From NCBI GenBank assembly GCA_041615815.1, contig JBFJCP010000007.1:64001-128000 (forward strand): a stretch of 64,000 nt of DNA. The letters are read 5' to 3'. A model generated the notes under the pieces. That model was not told the DNA's origin. It worked only from the letters and a program-made list of their open reading frames with translations, and made no database searches. Positions 43,902 to 54,046 of this stretch are shown here, in pieces; within the stretch, counting starts at the first letter, position 1, and each line of letters opens with the position of its first letter. The position numbers and the translations under genes are program-made. The stretch comes from Gemmatimonadales bacterium. Its GTDB lineage: Bacteria > Gemmatimonadota > Gemmatimonadetes > Gemmatimonadales > GWC2-71-9.

Positions 43902-44365
43902 CGCATTGTTTCCGAGCTTCGCCCCATCACCCCGCGTGAGACTTCTCGATTGGCTTTGATGAGAATCTCTTTGGCGTTGTCGTACGTGATGATCTCGATC
44001 GCCCGCTCCAATGGGTACCACGCGCACGCCACGATCCCTTCAACCTCCTCTGGTACCGGCTCGCCGGCGAGACACTCGAAGAGGTAGAAGTGACAGAACT
44101 TGTGGACGATCACGTCCTCGGTCGCGAAGTGCCAGTCGATCGTGCCCAACGGGGCAAGGAGACGGAGCTCGGTGAGTCCCGTCTCCTCGCCGATCTCCCG
44201 TCGCGCCGCCTGAGACCCCGATTCCCGTTTGGTCAGGTGTCCCTTGGGAAAGCCCCAATTGCCGTGGGCATCCAGGATGAGCAGATACTCCGGCACGCCT
44301 GCATTGCGCCGGAACACGACCCCGCCGGCGCTCGTCTCGAGCCGAGCGCGGGTTGGACCTGACAT
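43898..44365 (-). CDS. NUDIX hydrolase (Ap4A hydrolase-like)
   Basis: SAGGVV, WGFPKGH...AARREIGEETG. Confidence 0.9.
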   Translation of the reverse strand: MSGPTRARLETSAGGVVFRRNAGVPEYLLILDAHGNWGFPKGHLTKRESGSQAARREIGEETGLTELRLLAPLGTIDWHFATEDVIVHKFCHFYLFECLAGEPVPEEVEGIVACAWYPLERAIEIITYDNAKEILIKANREVSRGVMGRSSETMR

Positions 44366-44474
44366 TAGCGACCGGTGGGCGGAGCGACGAAAGCCAAAGT
44401 GGCGCTGTTACCACGACCATCCGGAAGCGGCACAGGCGGCAGGGACGGCAGAGCGTGCATCCGCGTCGTGACGA

Positions 44475-45494
44475 CTAGAATACCGAAAACTTGAAGTACT
44501 TCCTCGGGTTGGCTTTGATGTCCGCGAGGAGGAGCCGGAGCTCCACGACGGCGAGGGTCGCCTCTTGGTACAGCGCGGAATCGCCGAGTAGCAGGCCCGC
44601 GGTCCCGCCCCGGTCCTGAAGACGGGTCACGAGCGTGTCGGCTCCCTGGAGGAGCCGCACGAGGGTCGCCTGATTCGCCCCTACGGCGCCGAGGATTTGG
44701 TTGAGCTCGTCGGCTGCACCCCGGATCTCCTGTGAGGCGGCCGCCATGTTGTCGAGGATGACCTCGAGCTCGCCTTCTTGGGTGGCCGTATCGACCCGCG
44801 CAAACGAACTGCGGATCAGCGCTGCCGCCGCCTCGAAATCCTGCGATCCCGATTCCAGGTTCGAGCCCACGTTCCCCATGATGTTGGTCTGCGTCTCCAT
44901 GAAGGCGCTGATCCGGTCGGCGATCCGGCCAAAGTCGCGGATCGACTCCTGGAGCTCGGTCACGGCCGCGGAATCGAAGGCCGTTTGGATTCTGGAAGAG
45001 ACGGTGGCGATGTCGCTCGCAATGCGTCCGGCCTGCGCGGTGAGCTGCCCAATGTCCGGGAGGGTAGCACCGGGCCACGTGGTCTCGACATCGATCGTGG
45101 CACCGACGAGCTCGATCTCCGCCAGGACGTTGGGATCGTCTGAGGGCGGCGCATCTCGGCTGATGATCTCCGCCTGCCACTCACCAAAGAAGGACGCTGA
45201 GGCAGCGATGATCGCCGGGCGATCCGGAAGTGTCACTCCTTCGTACACCTGGAGGTCGGCCTCCACCATGTCGTTCTCGGCCAGGCGAATCCGCTCCACC
45301 CGGCCAACCCGCACGCCGCGGAGCACGACTGGATTGCCCACCCCCAAGCCCCCCACCGATCGGAACCGCGACGCGTACGTCGCGCTCCGCGCACCAAACA
45401 CGTCCTTCTCCGCAAGCCAGAGCGCGCCCGCGACGAGGAGGGCGGCCGCGATCAGGATCGTGATGCCAACGATCACCTCGTCGCGACGCTTCAC
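44475..45494 (-). CDS. mlaD: MlaD/MCE family protein
   Basis: N-terminal TM segment, GLGVGNPVVLRGVRVGRV MCE motif, helical tail ending NPRKYF. Confidence 0.88.
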   Translation of the reverse strand: MKRRDEVIVGITILIAAALLVAGALWLAEKDVFGARSATYASRFRSVGGLGVGNPVVLRGVRVGRVERIRLAENDMVEADLQVYEGVTLPDRPAIIAASASFFGEWQAEIISRDAPPSDDPNVLAEIELVGATIDVETTWPGATLPDIGQLTAQAGRIASDIATVSSRIQTAFDSAAVTELQESIRDFGRIADRISAFMETQTNIMGNVGSNLESGSQDFEAAAALIRSSFARVDTATQEGELEVILDNMAAASQEIRGAADELNQILGAVGANQATLVRLLQGADTLVTRLQDRGGTAGLLLGDSALYQEATLAVVELRLLLADIKANPRKYFKFSVF

Positions 45495-46258
45495 GTGCGA
45501 GCTCCCATGCTCAACCGATCCACCTCCGCGTTGGCTTCTGGGCGACCCTCGATGAACTGGCGCACGATCGGGTCGTGGCTCCGGCGGATCTGATCAACCG
45601 TCCCAACCTGACGGATGGCACCGTGGTAGAGCATGGCGATGCGGTCGCCAACCCGATAAGCGCTCCGCATGTTGTGCGTCACCACCATGCTCGTGACCCC
45701 CAGTCGCTCGCGGGTGCGGACCATCAGCTCGTTGATCACCGATGACGTCACCGGATCCAGACCCGTCGTGGGTTCATCGTAGAGAATGTATCGCGGCTTG
45801 AGCGCGATAGCCCGCGCAATCCCCACCCGTTTACGCATCCCGCCGGACAGCTCAGAGGGAAAACGCTCCTCGGTGCCCTCGAGGTCCACCAGGGCCAATG
45901 ATTCGCGCACCCGGTCCTCGATCTCCTGCGAACGAAGCCCCCGCCGCCGCAACCCGAGGGCAATATTGTCTCGGACGGACATCGAGTCGAACAACGCGGC
46001 GAACTGAAAGACGAATCCGATGGTAGCCCTCAGCGCCATGAGTGCCTTGCGGTCCAGCTGGTGTACGACCTGCCCGTCCACTTCCACTTCCCCTGCATCG
46101 GGCTCCAGCAACCCCACAATGTGCTTGAGCACGACGCTCTTGCCCGTCCCCGAGCCGCCAATGAGCACCATGGTCTCGCCCTCCTGAACGTCGAGCGAGA
46201 AGCCCTCGAGCACCTTCTTCGGGCCAAAGCTCTTGTACACGTCTCGGAAGACGATCAT
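45491..46258 (-). CDS. mlaF: MlaF-type ABC ATPase
   Basis: GGSGTGKS, LSGGMRKRV, LYDEPTTGLDP. Confidence 0.9.
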   Translation of the reverse strand: MIVFRDVYKSFGPKKVLEGFSLDVQEGETMVLIGGSGTGKSVVLKHIVGLLEPDAGEVEVDGQVVHQLDRKALMALRATIGFVFQFAALFDSMSVRDNIALGLRRRGLRSQEIEDRVRESLALVDLEGTEERFPSELSGGMRKRVGIARAIALKPRYILYDEPTTGLDPVTSSVINELMVRTRERLGVTSMVVTHNMRSAYRVGDRIAMLYHGAIRQVGTVDQIRRSHDPIVRQFIEGRPEANAEVDRLSMGART

Positions 46259-46352
46259 GGTGGCGCGTGACTCCCATCCCGCTCCTCCCGCCACCGCAAA
46301 CAGGCGGGATCGGCCGGCTGGGCGGCATGGACACGGACCCAGGGATGCACCC

Positions 46353-47135
46353 TCACAACAGCACCACCGCCCAAAACGCGTCCAGCACCAGGATCATGGC
46401 GGCGCCGATCACCACGGCCTCCGTCGTATTGCGGCCCACGCCCTCGGCGCCGCCGCGCGTCGCCAACCCCTTGATGCATCCAATGAGGCCCACGGCCATA
46501 CCAAACGAGAGGGACTTGACCAGCCCATACCAAAGGTCCTTGTGCCGATAAAAAATCCTCAGGCCCTTGACGAACTCGGCAGAGGCGAGATCGATGACCG
46601 TGATCGCCGTGATCCATCCCGCCACGAGCGCGACCACCATGGCCAGCGCGACGACCACCGGAAACATGATGGTGGCGGCAAGCACCCGTGGCACCACTAG
46701 ATAGGAATACGGATCGTAGGCCAGGGTCTCGAGGGCGTCGACCTGTTCGGTGACCCGCATGGTGCCCAACTCGGCCGCGATGTTGGCGCCCACGCGGCCA
46801 GCCAGCGCCAGACCGGTGAGTACCGGCGCCAACTCCATCAAGACGGTCTTTTCGACCAGCGTCCCCACAAAATACCGTGGGGTCGCGCCGGCCAAACTGT
46901 AGGCGGCTTGGAGGGAAAGCACGACGCCGGTGAAAACGGCGATGATGAGCGCCAGGGGCAGGGATTGAACCCCGATCCGCCGCATCTGGACCCCAGCCAG
47001 CCCGGCCCAGGAGCGCACCTCCCGCAGTCCGCGAGCCACATCGGCGACGAACTGCCCCACCCGGCCAATCGCGGAGATCCAGCCGGCCACGCGGAGGCTC
47101 AGATATTCGTACACGGCGCGAATGTACGGTGGCAC
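46353..47135 (-). CDS. mlaE: MlaE family ABC permease
   Basis: ELAPVLT..AGRVG..AAELGTMRVTEQVDAL, GGAEGVG. Confidence 0.92.
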   Translation of the reverse strand: MPPYIRAVYEYLSLRVAGWISAIGRVGQFVADVARGLREVRSWAGLAGVQMRRIGVQSLPLALIIAVFTGVVLSLQAAYSLAGATPRYFVGTLVEKTVLMELAPVLTGLALAGRVGANIAAELGTMRVTEQVDALETLAYDPYSYLVVPRVLAATIMFPVVVALAMVVALVAGWITAITVIDLASAEFVKGLRIFYRHKDLWYGLVKSLSFGMAVGLIGCIKGLATRGGAEGVGRNTTEAVVIGAAMILVLDAFWAVVLL

Positions 47136-47141
47136 AACGCA

Positions 47142-47170
47142 AGAGGCCAGGGCAAATGACCCCGGCCTCT
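47142..47170 (-). terminator. Hairpin after the sigma factor gene
   Basis: AGAGGCC...GGCCTCT stem with inner GGG/CCC pairs. Confidence 0.35.
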
Positions 47171-47201
47171 AACTCGTTACTTCGTTTTGTGTTGAGCTGC
47201 C

Positions 47202-48152
47202 TTAGGCGGCGAAGCTCGCCAGGGCCTTGCCCACCTGCCCCTCGCGGAGCCGCTTGAGGGCTCGGTCCCTGAGCTGACGGACCCGCTCGCGGGTAACGCC
47301 CAGCATACCGCCAATCTCCTCGAGCGTGTGCTCGCGGCCACCGTCCAACCCGAAGTAGAGCCGGAGCACCTTGGCGTCGCGGGCGGGGAGCGTTTTCAGC
47401 GCCTCCTCGACCTCGTCGCTCAAAAACCGCTCCATGGTGGCCTCTTCGGTATCCGGCAGGTCCTCGGCGATGAACCGCTCGATGAGCGCCCGATCGCCCT
47501 CGGGATCGAGGGGTGCATCCAGCCGCACCTCACCCGTGTTGAGCGCTGCCAGCGACTGCACGACCTCCAGCGACAGACCGGTGGCCTGGCCGATCTCCTC
47601 GGGGGTGGGTTCGCGCCGCAGTTCTTGCCTCAAGGCTTCGGCGGTCTTCACGATCTTCGAGAGATCGGCCGTCCGATTGAGCGGTACACGAACCGTTCGC
47701 CCCTGCCGCGCGAGGGAGGCCAGAATGGCCTGGCGAATCCACCACACGGCGTACGAGATGAACTTGACGCCCTGGTCGGGATCGAACTTCCGGGCCGCCG
47801 TGAGCAGCCCCACGTTCCCTTCGCCGATCAGGTCGGTGAGCGGCAGGCCGCGGTTCTGATACTTCTTGGCCACGGAGATCACGAATCGGAGGTTCCGCTT
47901 CGCGAGCTCCTGCATCGCCTCCGTGTCACCCGCCCGGACCTTCTTCGCGAGGGCAATCTCCTCGGCGGGGGTGAGCAGAGGCGTCTTGCTCACCTCATAG
48001 AGGTACTGGTCGAGGAGATCACGATCGTCCTCGTTGACCGCAATGGGGGGAGCCGGACGGCGACGGCGCTTCTTTCGCCGGTCGGATTGGGTCATTGGCT
48101 TCCTGTCTAAGTTTGTACGTCGCGACGTTGGGCGACGGGGAGTTGACTTCAT
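47202..48152 (-). CDS. RpoD/SigA-family sigma70 factor lacking region 1.1
   Basis: NLRFVISVAKKY, DLIGEGNVGL, KFISYAVWWIRQ, TRERVRQ; alternative start at 48095. Confidence 0.93.
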   Translation of the reverse strand: MKSTPRRPTSRRTNLDRKPMTQSDRRKKRRRRPAPPIAVNEDDRDLLDQYLYEVSKTPLLTPAEEIALAKKVRAGDTEAMQELAKRNLRFVISVAKKYQNRGLPLTDLIGEGNVGLLTAARKFDPDQGVKFISYAVWWIRQAILASLARQGRTVRVPLNRTADLSKIVKTAEALRQELRREPTPEEIGQATGLSLEVVQSLAALNTGEVRLDAPLDPEGDRALIERFIAEDLPDTEEATMERFLSDEVEEALKTLPARDAKVLRLYFGLDGGREHTLEEIGGMLGVTRERVRQLRDRALKRLREGQVGKALASFAA

Positions 48153-48207
48153 TACCTCTCCTATACCCCCTGGGCCGGCCAGAAGTTCTGGACGGCTCCG
48201 GAGCCGC

Positions 48208-48236
48208 TTGACACTATTTGGGCCCTCGGGTAGGTT
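48208..48236 (+). promoter_or_regulatory. Sigma70-type promoter of the tRNA cluster
   Basis: TTGACA-N17-TAGGTT. Confidence 0.7.
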
Positions 48237-48279
48237 CCCGTGTTCCAGCGGTGCGGCTCCCTTGGGCGCCTAATATAAT

Positions 48280-48352
48280 GGGGGCGTAGCTCAGTTGGGA
48301 GAGCGCGTGAATGGCATTCACGAGGTCAGGGGTTCGATTCCCCTCGCCTCCA
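48280..48352 (+). tRNA. tRNA-Ala(GGC)
   Basis: Cloverleaf; anticodon stem CGTGA/TCACG, loop ATGGCAT; GGTTCGATTCC T-arm. Confidence 0.95.
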
Positions 48353-48467
48353 TCGGGGAAGCACGGGGCGGCAGCGGGCTGCAAGACCAGCTAATTCATT
48401 GCAAAGAATAGACTTAGGCGCAAATGGGGCGGACGGGTAGGTCTTGGGCCGGTGCCGCGGCTCACTT

Positions 48468-48540
48468 GCGGGAATAGCTCAGCTGGTAGAGCACAACCTT
48501 GCCAAGGTTGGGGTCGCGGGTTCGAGTCCCGTTTCCCGCT
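48468..48540 (+). tRNA. tRNA-Gly(GCC)
   Basis: GCGGGAATAGCTCAG...CTTGCCAAGG...GTTCGAGTCCC. Confidence 0.97.
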
Positions 48541-48641
48541 CTGCTGGGACGAAAGGACGGAACGACGGACAGACGGAGGGGAGCGGGTGGAGCGGTACCC
48601 TTCCGGCCCTCTCACCGACCGACTTCCCAACCAACAAACGG

Positions 48642-48715
48642 CGCGGGGTGGAGCAGTCTGGTAGCTCGCCGGGCTCATAACCCGGAGGTCGTGGGTTCAA
48701 ATCCCACCCCCGCTA
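48642..48715 (+). tRNA. tRNA-Met(CAT), initiator type
   Basis: CGCGGGGTGGAGCAG start, GGG/CCC pairs in the anticodon stem, loop CTCATAA. Confidence 0.95.
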
Positions 48716-48801
48716 CTCGCGGCGGAACGATGGAAGACGGAACGACGGAATCAGCGAGCCCAGCCGCCGTTTCGTGTCTATCGTTCCGCCGTTTGTTTGC
48801 G

Positions 48802-48875
<74 letters not shown>

Positions 48876-48945
48876 TGTGGTGGGGGCCTAGGATTGGGGC
48901 TCACGGGTCGGAGACGGCCGCACCAACTCCACTCGCACCCACACC

Positions 48946-49019
48946 GCGCCCATAGCTCAACTGGATAGAGCGTCTGGCTACGGACCAGAAGGCTGGGGGT
49001 TCGAATCCTCCTGGGCGCA
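48946..49019 (+). tRNA. tRNA-Arg(ACG)
   Basis: Anticodon arm TCTGG-CTACGGA-CCAGA. Confidence 0.95.
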
Positions 49020-49081
49020 TGACGGCGGTCGGCTGGAATACGAGAAGGTGACGCCGGTTACGTCTGACCGACCACCCGTAT

Positions 49082-49155
49082 CGGGGCGTGGCGCAGCCCG
49101 GTAGCGCGCCTGCTTCGGGAGCAGGAGGTCGCCGGTTCAAATCCGGCCGCCCCGA
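49082..49155 (+). tRNA. tRNA-Pro(CGG)
   Basis: Anticodon arm CCTGC-TTCGGGA-GCAGG. Confidence 0.95.
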
Positions 49156-49260
49156 CTGCGAACAGGTCAGAAGGGGGGAAGGTCAGGAGGTCGGGAGGTT
49201 GGACGGACCGTACGCCTTCGCCTCCCCTCTTTCCAGCCTTCCGTTCTAACCACCGTTTTC

Positions 49261-49334
<74 letters not shown>

Positions 49335-49651
49335 TACCGCTTCCGTTCGCAACACGACGGCACGATCCGGAGCAGGCGCTCGTTTCTTGTCCGTGGTTCT
49401 GCGCTCAACTCCTCCGCTCCCCAACGATTCCCTGGCTCCCTCATCTGATGCGCCGTTACCCTAACGTGACCGGGCTCACGCCCCAGCCGTGGGCCACTCC
49501 ACCGTTTGGTTGTGTTCCTCCTAACGCACAAAACCACAAACACTTAGAGCATGGACACTTGATCGCAGCATGATCGATGTGGGTCATCTTTGATGGCAAC
49601 AATACCACAACGCTGACCATCGACCGATCATCGCCAATCATGCGAGGCACT

Positions 49652-50260
49652 ATGCGACCGACCATTCTGCTTTCTGCCGCGGCGGGACTCGGGCTGCTCT
49701 TGAGTCCACCGGCGCAGGCCCAGGTTGCCTACACGGAGCCCGTAGGCAATACCGGTATCTACATCAACGGCACGCCGTTCTCCGAGGCGGACATCCGTGC
49801 ACTGCAGACCCGGCTGGGCATCCCGCATGGAGCCCCGGTCCCGCCCGGTCGGTACTGGTACGACGACGTGTCGGGCCTGTGGGGACAAGAGGGAGGTCCG
49901 GCCGCCGGCCAGCTGCTGCCCGGACTCGGGCTTGGCGGGCGGCTCGCCACCGATGCGTCGGGAGGGTACACGCCGTTTTACATCAACGGCCGCTCTCTCC
50001 ATCCCATGGAGGTGCAGTATCTCCGTCAGCTGTTCGGCTACGTGATCCCCGGTCGGTACTGGCTGGATTGGCAGGGGAACCTCGGCGCCGAGGGCGGTCC
50101 GCTACTCGTCAACCTGGTGGCCGTGGCCCGGTCCGCCCAAGGGGGTGCCGCTGGAGCGTACGGCGGCTACACCAGGCGGACGCCGTTTGGCGGCCTCGGC
50201 GGCGACGGTAATTGCAGCTATTACCTGCATCCCGACGGACCCAGCGTCATGAACTGCTGA
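49652..50260 (+). CDS. Secreted protein with a duplicated YING...PGRYW module, resembling the plant XLG N-terminal domain
   Basis: Signal peptide AQAQ; PGRYWYDDVSGLWGQEG and GGRLATDASGGYTPFYINGRSL. Confidence 0.75.
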   Translation: MRPTILLSAAAGLGLLLSPPAQAQVAYTEPVGNTGIYINGTPFSEADIRALQTRLGIPHGAPVPPGRYWYDDVSGLWGQEGGPAAGQLLPGLGLGGRLATDASGGYTPFYINGRSLHPMEVQYLRQLFGYVIPGRYWLDWQGNLGAEGGPLLVNLVAVARSAQGGAAGAYGGYTRRTPFGGLGGDGNCSYYLHPDGPSVMNC

Positions 50261-50280
50261 GGCGTCCCAGCCACCGTTCG

Positions 50281-50318
50281 CCCCAACAGTCCCCGGTGGA
50301 AACCGGGGACTGTTGGGG
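50281..50318. repeat. Perfect 17-bp inverted repeat with a GGAA loop (terminator- or REP-like)
   Basis: CCCCAACAGTCCCCGGT-GGAA-ACCGGGGACTGTTGGGG. Confidence 0.8.
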
Positions 50319-50411
50319 ATTCCTGATGATCGGTGAGCAGCGGCGCGTGGTGACCTCGGTCTCTCACGGTGGGTATTGGAGGGTGGACAGTCTCCTTCTG
50401 AGAGGCCGAAC

Positions 50412-50867
50412 ATGGTGCGTTGGATCTCGGTCCCGTGGATCGTCAGTGTCGTCGCGTGCACGACCGCGGCGTGCACCTCAGGTCCGCTGGACGTGGATAT
50501 CGTCGCCGCGGACCTGGTGGGTGATGTGGTCATCGGTCCGAGCCAGCAGGCCGTGCTCGAGGTGACGGCCGCAAACCGCACCAACCAGCGGGTAGTGTGG
50601 GGGATGGGGAGCTCTTCCTGCCAGCTCGGGCTGGTCGTGTTGGTCGCCGGTCGGGAGCGCAACGTCGACTTCAGGGCATGCACCGACGACCTCGTGGAGC
50701 ACGCGCTCGATCCCGGACAAGCGCGCACGGAATCCTTCACGTGGGACGGTCAAATCGCATCGGACGGGGTGCTGTCCCTGCTGCCGCCCGGACGATACCG
50801 TGTGTTTGGGATTGCTGGCGATCGGGGGGCGAGCGCGCCGCTCGAGGTCACGATCGTCGACGGTTAG
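50412..50867 (+). CDS. Hypothetical lipoprotein with an Ig-like (BsuPI-like) domain
   Basis: TAAC lipobox; C...ACT..L...LDPGQ...WDG...LPPGRY pattern. Confidence 0.6.
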   Translation: MVRWISVPWIVSVVACTTAACTSGPLDVDIVAADLVGDVVIGPSQQAVLEVTAANRTNQRVVWGMGSSSCQLGLVVLVAGRERNVDFRACTDDLVEHALDPGQARTESFTWDGQIASDGVLSLLPPGRYRVFGIAGDRGASAPLEVTIVDG

Positions 50868-50905
50868 CGAGCGGTATTCTCGTCGCACGTCCACGCGGTC
50901 GACGG

Positions 50906-51118
50906 TTACCCGGCCGGGGCTTGTCCCGCTTCCTCTCGATAGATCGTCGCGTGCTCGGGACAGGCCCAGAGATCGTCGTCGATCTGCTCGGTGGCCGGCT
51001 TGCCACATCGGATCCGCGGATCGGCAACATCACTTCCGGCGGGCTCTCGCTGGTAGCCCACGACGTACGGGCAACTGCGCGCCGCCATGTGCGGCGGCAT
51101 CTCGCCAGATCGCCTCAC
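50906..51118 (-). CDS. Possible small Cys/His zinc-binding protein
   Basis: C...CGKPAT...CPEH; start overlaps the kinase stop (GTGA). Confidence 0.4.
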   Translation of the reverse strand: MRRSGEMPPHMAARSCPYVVGYQREPAGSDVADPRIRCGKPATEQIDDDLWACPEHATIYREEAGQAPAG

Positions 51119-53805
51119 GGCTTTACCTTTGCCTTCAGCTCCTCGAGCCAGTTCTCGACCACAATCATCGCACCGAGTGGCGATCCCTCCTCCGCGCCCA
51201 CGCTTCGCACCATGAGAAACCGTTGGTCGTCCGACGTCAGGTCGAATGACGTGTAGTTTGATGATAGGGTATACTCGGCTCCAACGCGAAACAGCACACG
51301 CCGCTCCCCCACGCGAAAGTCACGCGTCGTGACGACCTCAGCCACCGTCATCTCGTCGCTCGCGCTCACGTAGAACAGTTCCTGGCCGCTGTGGGCCCAC
51401 AGCGGTGCGCGGCCACCACCGGTCGAGACCTGCCACTTGCCGTCGCTCGTGTTGGGAAACGGCCGCACGTACACCTCGTCCCGACCGGTCTCGCTCGACT
51501 CGTACGCCATCCACTTCCCGTTCGGCGAGAGCGCGATCGCCTTCTCGTCGAACTCCGACGCCACGAGGGGCACGGGCACGCTGTCTACGCCGGGGCGGAT
51601 GCCCACGATGTCGCGGGCGCCCCGCACTTGGCCCGCCACGCCGCCAGTTCGCAAGACGAGCCAGGTCCCATCGGGTGACCACACCCCTTCCCAGATCGGC
51701 TGGTCCAATTCGAGCACTAACTCCACTGCCCCGGTGCCATCTGCCCGCTTCACATACAACTCGCCATTTCCCGACCTCGGAGAGCGGAAGCTCACCGAAC
51801 GGCCGTCGGGTGTCCACCGCGGTCGCACATCGGCCGCCTCATCGAAAGTGAGGCGGGAAAGCGGACCCCGTTCCAACTGCTTGATCCAGATGTCGTCACC
51901 GGTCTCACCGGAGATCTTGATGGCTAACCGGGTATCGTCCGAAGAGAGGGCCCACCCCGCGTTACCGGCGGCCGTGAACGTCCAACCAGGATCGATGGGG
52001 GTGGCCGTTCCGTCCCGATCCACCCAGACGGCTTCCGACACTCCACCGCCGCCACCTTCGCCCTCCATGAACAACAGGGTTCCCGATTTCGAAATCACCA
52101 CATCGGGCACGCTTCCCTGGTCGACTTTCACGCCGTCCAATACGGGCACCGGCGCCCCGCGCATTTCCAGAGACCCCATGTCGAACGGCACGGCGAACAT
52201 TCCACCGTCAGCCCGGACATACACGACGTGGCCGGTGGCCACGTACCAGGCTTGGGCTACATCCGGCATCAGCATGCGTGCCTCGCCGGACCGGAGATCC
52301 ACCACCCAACTCTCCTGGGCGGTGTTACAGCCGGCGGTACAGGCAGTGAACAACACACCGCGGGCTCCCGGCAGTCCCACCGGAAGCGTCAGGAAGCGTC
52401 CTTCGACCGACGCGACGGCCTCCATGGGGCCACCGACGCCGGGCACACGACTCAAGCGCCATCCGTTGTCGACGAACACGATGGTATCGTCGTCCAGCCA
52501 CGAAGCGGAGCGAACGGTCATTTGCACCGAATCGGTGAGCGTAATTGCGGATCCCCCACCCAGGGGGACCTTTTTGAGCTCTCCATCGACGATGAAGGCA
52601 ATCCACTCTCCGTCGGGTGAGACCACGGGACTTCGCGCTCCAGCGGTGCCGGCCAGCGGAATTGCCCGATATTGGTCCCGACGTTTCAGCCAGAGTTGCT
52701 CGCTTTCGTCACCCGGGCCCACATAGACGATCCACGAGGCGTCGGGCGCGAGCGCGAAGGCGGGATGCACGCCGTCGACGAACGCCTGATCGGCTGGAAA
52801 CAGGAGTCCATAGCGCGCCACGGTGGGCGGTGGATCGGGACGCAGCCACCCCCAGAGCGCGAGCATCGCGAGGAGCGCCGCCGCCGCCGGCCACGCGTAG
52901 CGCTTGCCCACCACAACCGGGGCGGCTATCGATGGCGATACCACCGCTCCCGCCACCGTCGAGAGCGTGAAGGCCGGATTCGTGAGTGCTTCGGCAAACT
53001 GCGCTGCGCTGGCAAACCGATCGGCCGGCAGCTTGGAGAGCGCCGTGGTGATCGTGGCAGCGACATGGGGTGGCACCGTGTCGCGATGGGTGGTGACGGG
53101 CGGCGCCTTTTCCGTGATCACCTTGGCCACGATGGCTTGGGCGGTGGAGCCGGTATACGGCGGGTCGCCGGCCAACATCTCGTAGAGCATGGCACCCAAG
53201 GAGTAGACATCGCTTCGGGCATCGAGTTCCCGATCACCCATGGCCTGTTCGGGACTCATGTAGTGCGGCGTGCCGATTGATAAACCCGTCTCCGTGAGGC
53301 GGGCGCCACCGGCATGGGAGACGGCCAGCGCGATCCCGAAGTCCGCCACCATCGCCTGCCCGTCCAGCATCAGGATGTTCTCGGGCTTGATGTCGCGGTG
53401 AATCACCTCGTGCCGGTGGGCATAGTCGAGGGCGGCCGCGATCGCTTTCGCAATGTCCAAGGCCTCGTCGATCCCGAGCTGTTTCTCACGAACGAGCCTG
53501 GCGCGGAGGGTTTCCCCCTCCACGTAGGGCATCACGTAATAGAGAAACCCGTCCGCGTCGCCCGAGTCGTGGAGTGGAAGGATATGGGGATGCTGGAGGT
53601 TGGCCGTGACCTTGATCTCGTTCAAGAACCGTTCCGATCCGATCACGGCTGCGAGCTCGGGACGCAACACCTTCAGTGCGACCTTGCGATCGTGCTTCAC
53701 GTCTTCGGCAAGGAACACCGTGGCCATTCCACCCTCGCCCAGTTGCCGCTCGATGCGGTATCGATCGGCGAGGGCCGTGGTCAATCGGCCCGTGAGATCC
53801 TTCAT
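51115..53805 (-). CDS. Hanks-type Ser/Thr protein kinase with a TM helix and TolB/PD40-like beta-propellers
   Basis: LGEGGMATV, VALK, HRDIKPEN, DFG, GTPHYMSPEQ; SPDG/WTPDG repeats. Confidence 0.92.
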   Translation of the reverse strand: MKDLTGRLTTALADRYRIERQLGEGGMATVFLAEDVKHDRKVALKVLRPELAAVIGSERFLNEIKVTANLQHPHILPLHDSGDADGFLYYVMPYVEGETLRARLVREKQLGIDEALDIAKAIAAALDYAHRHEVIHRDIKPENILMLDGQAMVADFGIALAVSHAGGARLTETGLSIGTPHYMSPEQAMGDRELDARSDVYSLGAMLYEMLAGDPPYTGSTAQAIVAKVITEKAPPVTTHRDTVPPHVAATITTALSKLPADRFASAAQFAEALTNPAFTLSTVAGAVVSPSIAAPVVVGKRYAWPAAAALLAMLALWGWLRPDPPPTVARYGLLFPADQAFVDGVHPAFALAPDASWIVYVGPGDESEQLWLKRRDQYRAIPLAGTAGARSPVVSPDGEWIAFIVDGELKKVPLGGGSAITLTDSVQMTVRSASWLDDDTIVFVDNGWRLSRVPGVGGPMEAVASVEGRFLTLPVGLPGARGVLFTACTAGCNTAQESWVVDLRSGEARMLMPDVAQAWYVATGHVVYVRADGGMFAVPFDMGSLEMRGAPVPVLDGVKVDQGSVPDVVISKSGTLLFMEGEGGGGGVSEAVWVDRDGTATPIDPGWTFTAAGNAGWALSSDDTRLAIKISGETGDDIWIKQLERGPLSRLTFDEAADVRPRWTPDGRSVSFRSPRSGNGELYVKRADGTGAVELVLELDQPIWEGVWSPDGTWLVLRTGGVAGQVRGARDIVGIRPGVDSVPVPLVASEFDEKAIALSPNGKWMAYESSETGRDEVYVRPFPNTSDGKWQVSTGGGRAPLWAHSGQELFYVSASDEMTVAEVVTTRDFRVGERRVLFRVGAEYTLSSNYTSFDLTSDDQRFLMVRSVGAEEGSPLGAMIVVENWLEELKAKVKP

Positions 53806-54046
53806 AGGTTTAAGATGGGGCGGGTAGGAGTGAGGGGCTAGGGGTTCGGGGTTAGGGTTGCGGCATTCACGAGGACCCGCGTGATCGTGCTGGACGTCCT
53901 GCAGGTGCCAGTCGGGTGCGAGCGCATACGCTTGACGGTCCACTTGCCGTGACCTTTCCTGCAGGCTAACTCACGTCATCGGTTTCCCCAGGCTTCTCCG
54001 TCTTGCCCTGGGGCGGACTTCACGCCAGCACCGTTCGGAGCTTCTC

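Noticed and set aside
49552..49567. Sigma54 promoter TGGACACTTGATCGCA upstream of the XLG-like gene
   Set aside because: GG-N10-GC spacing fits but the flanking consensus is poor; likely chance
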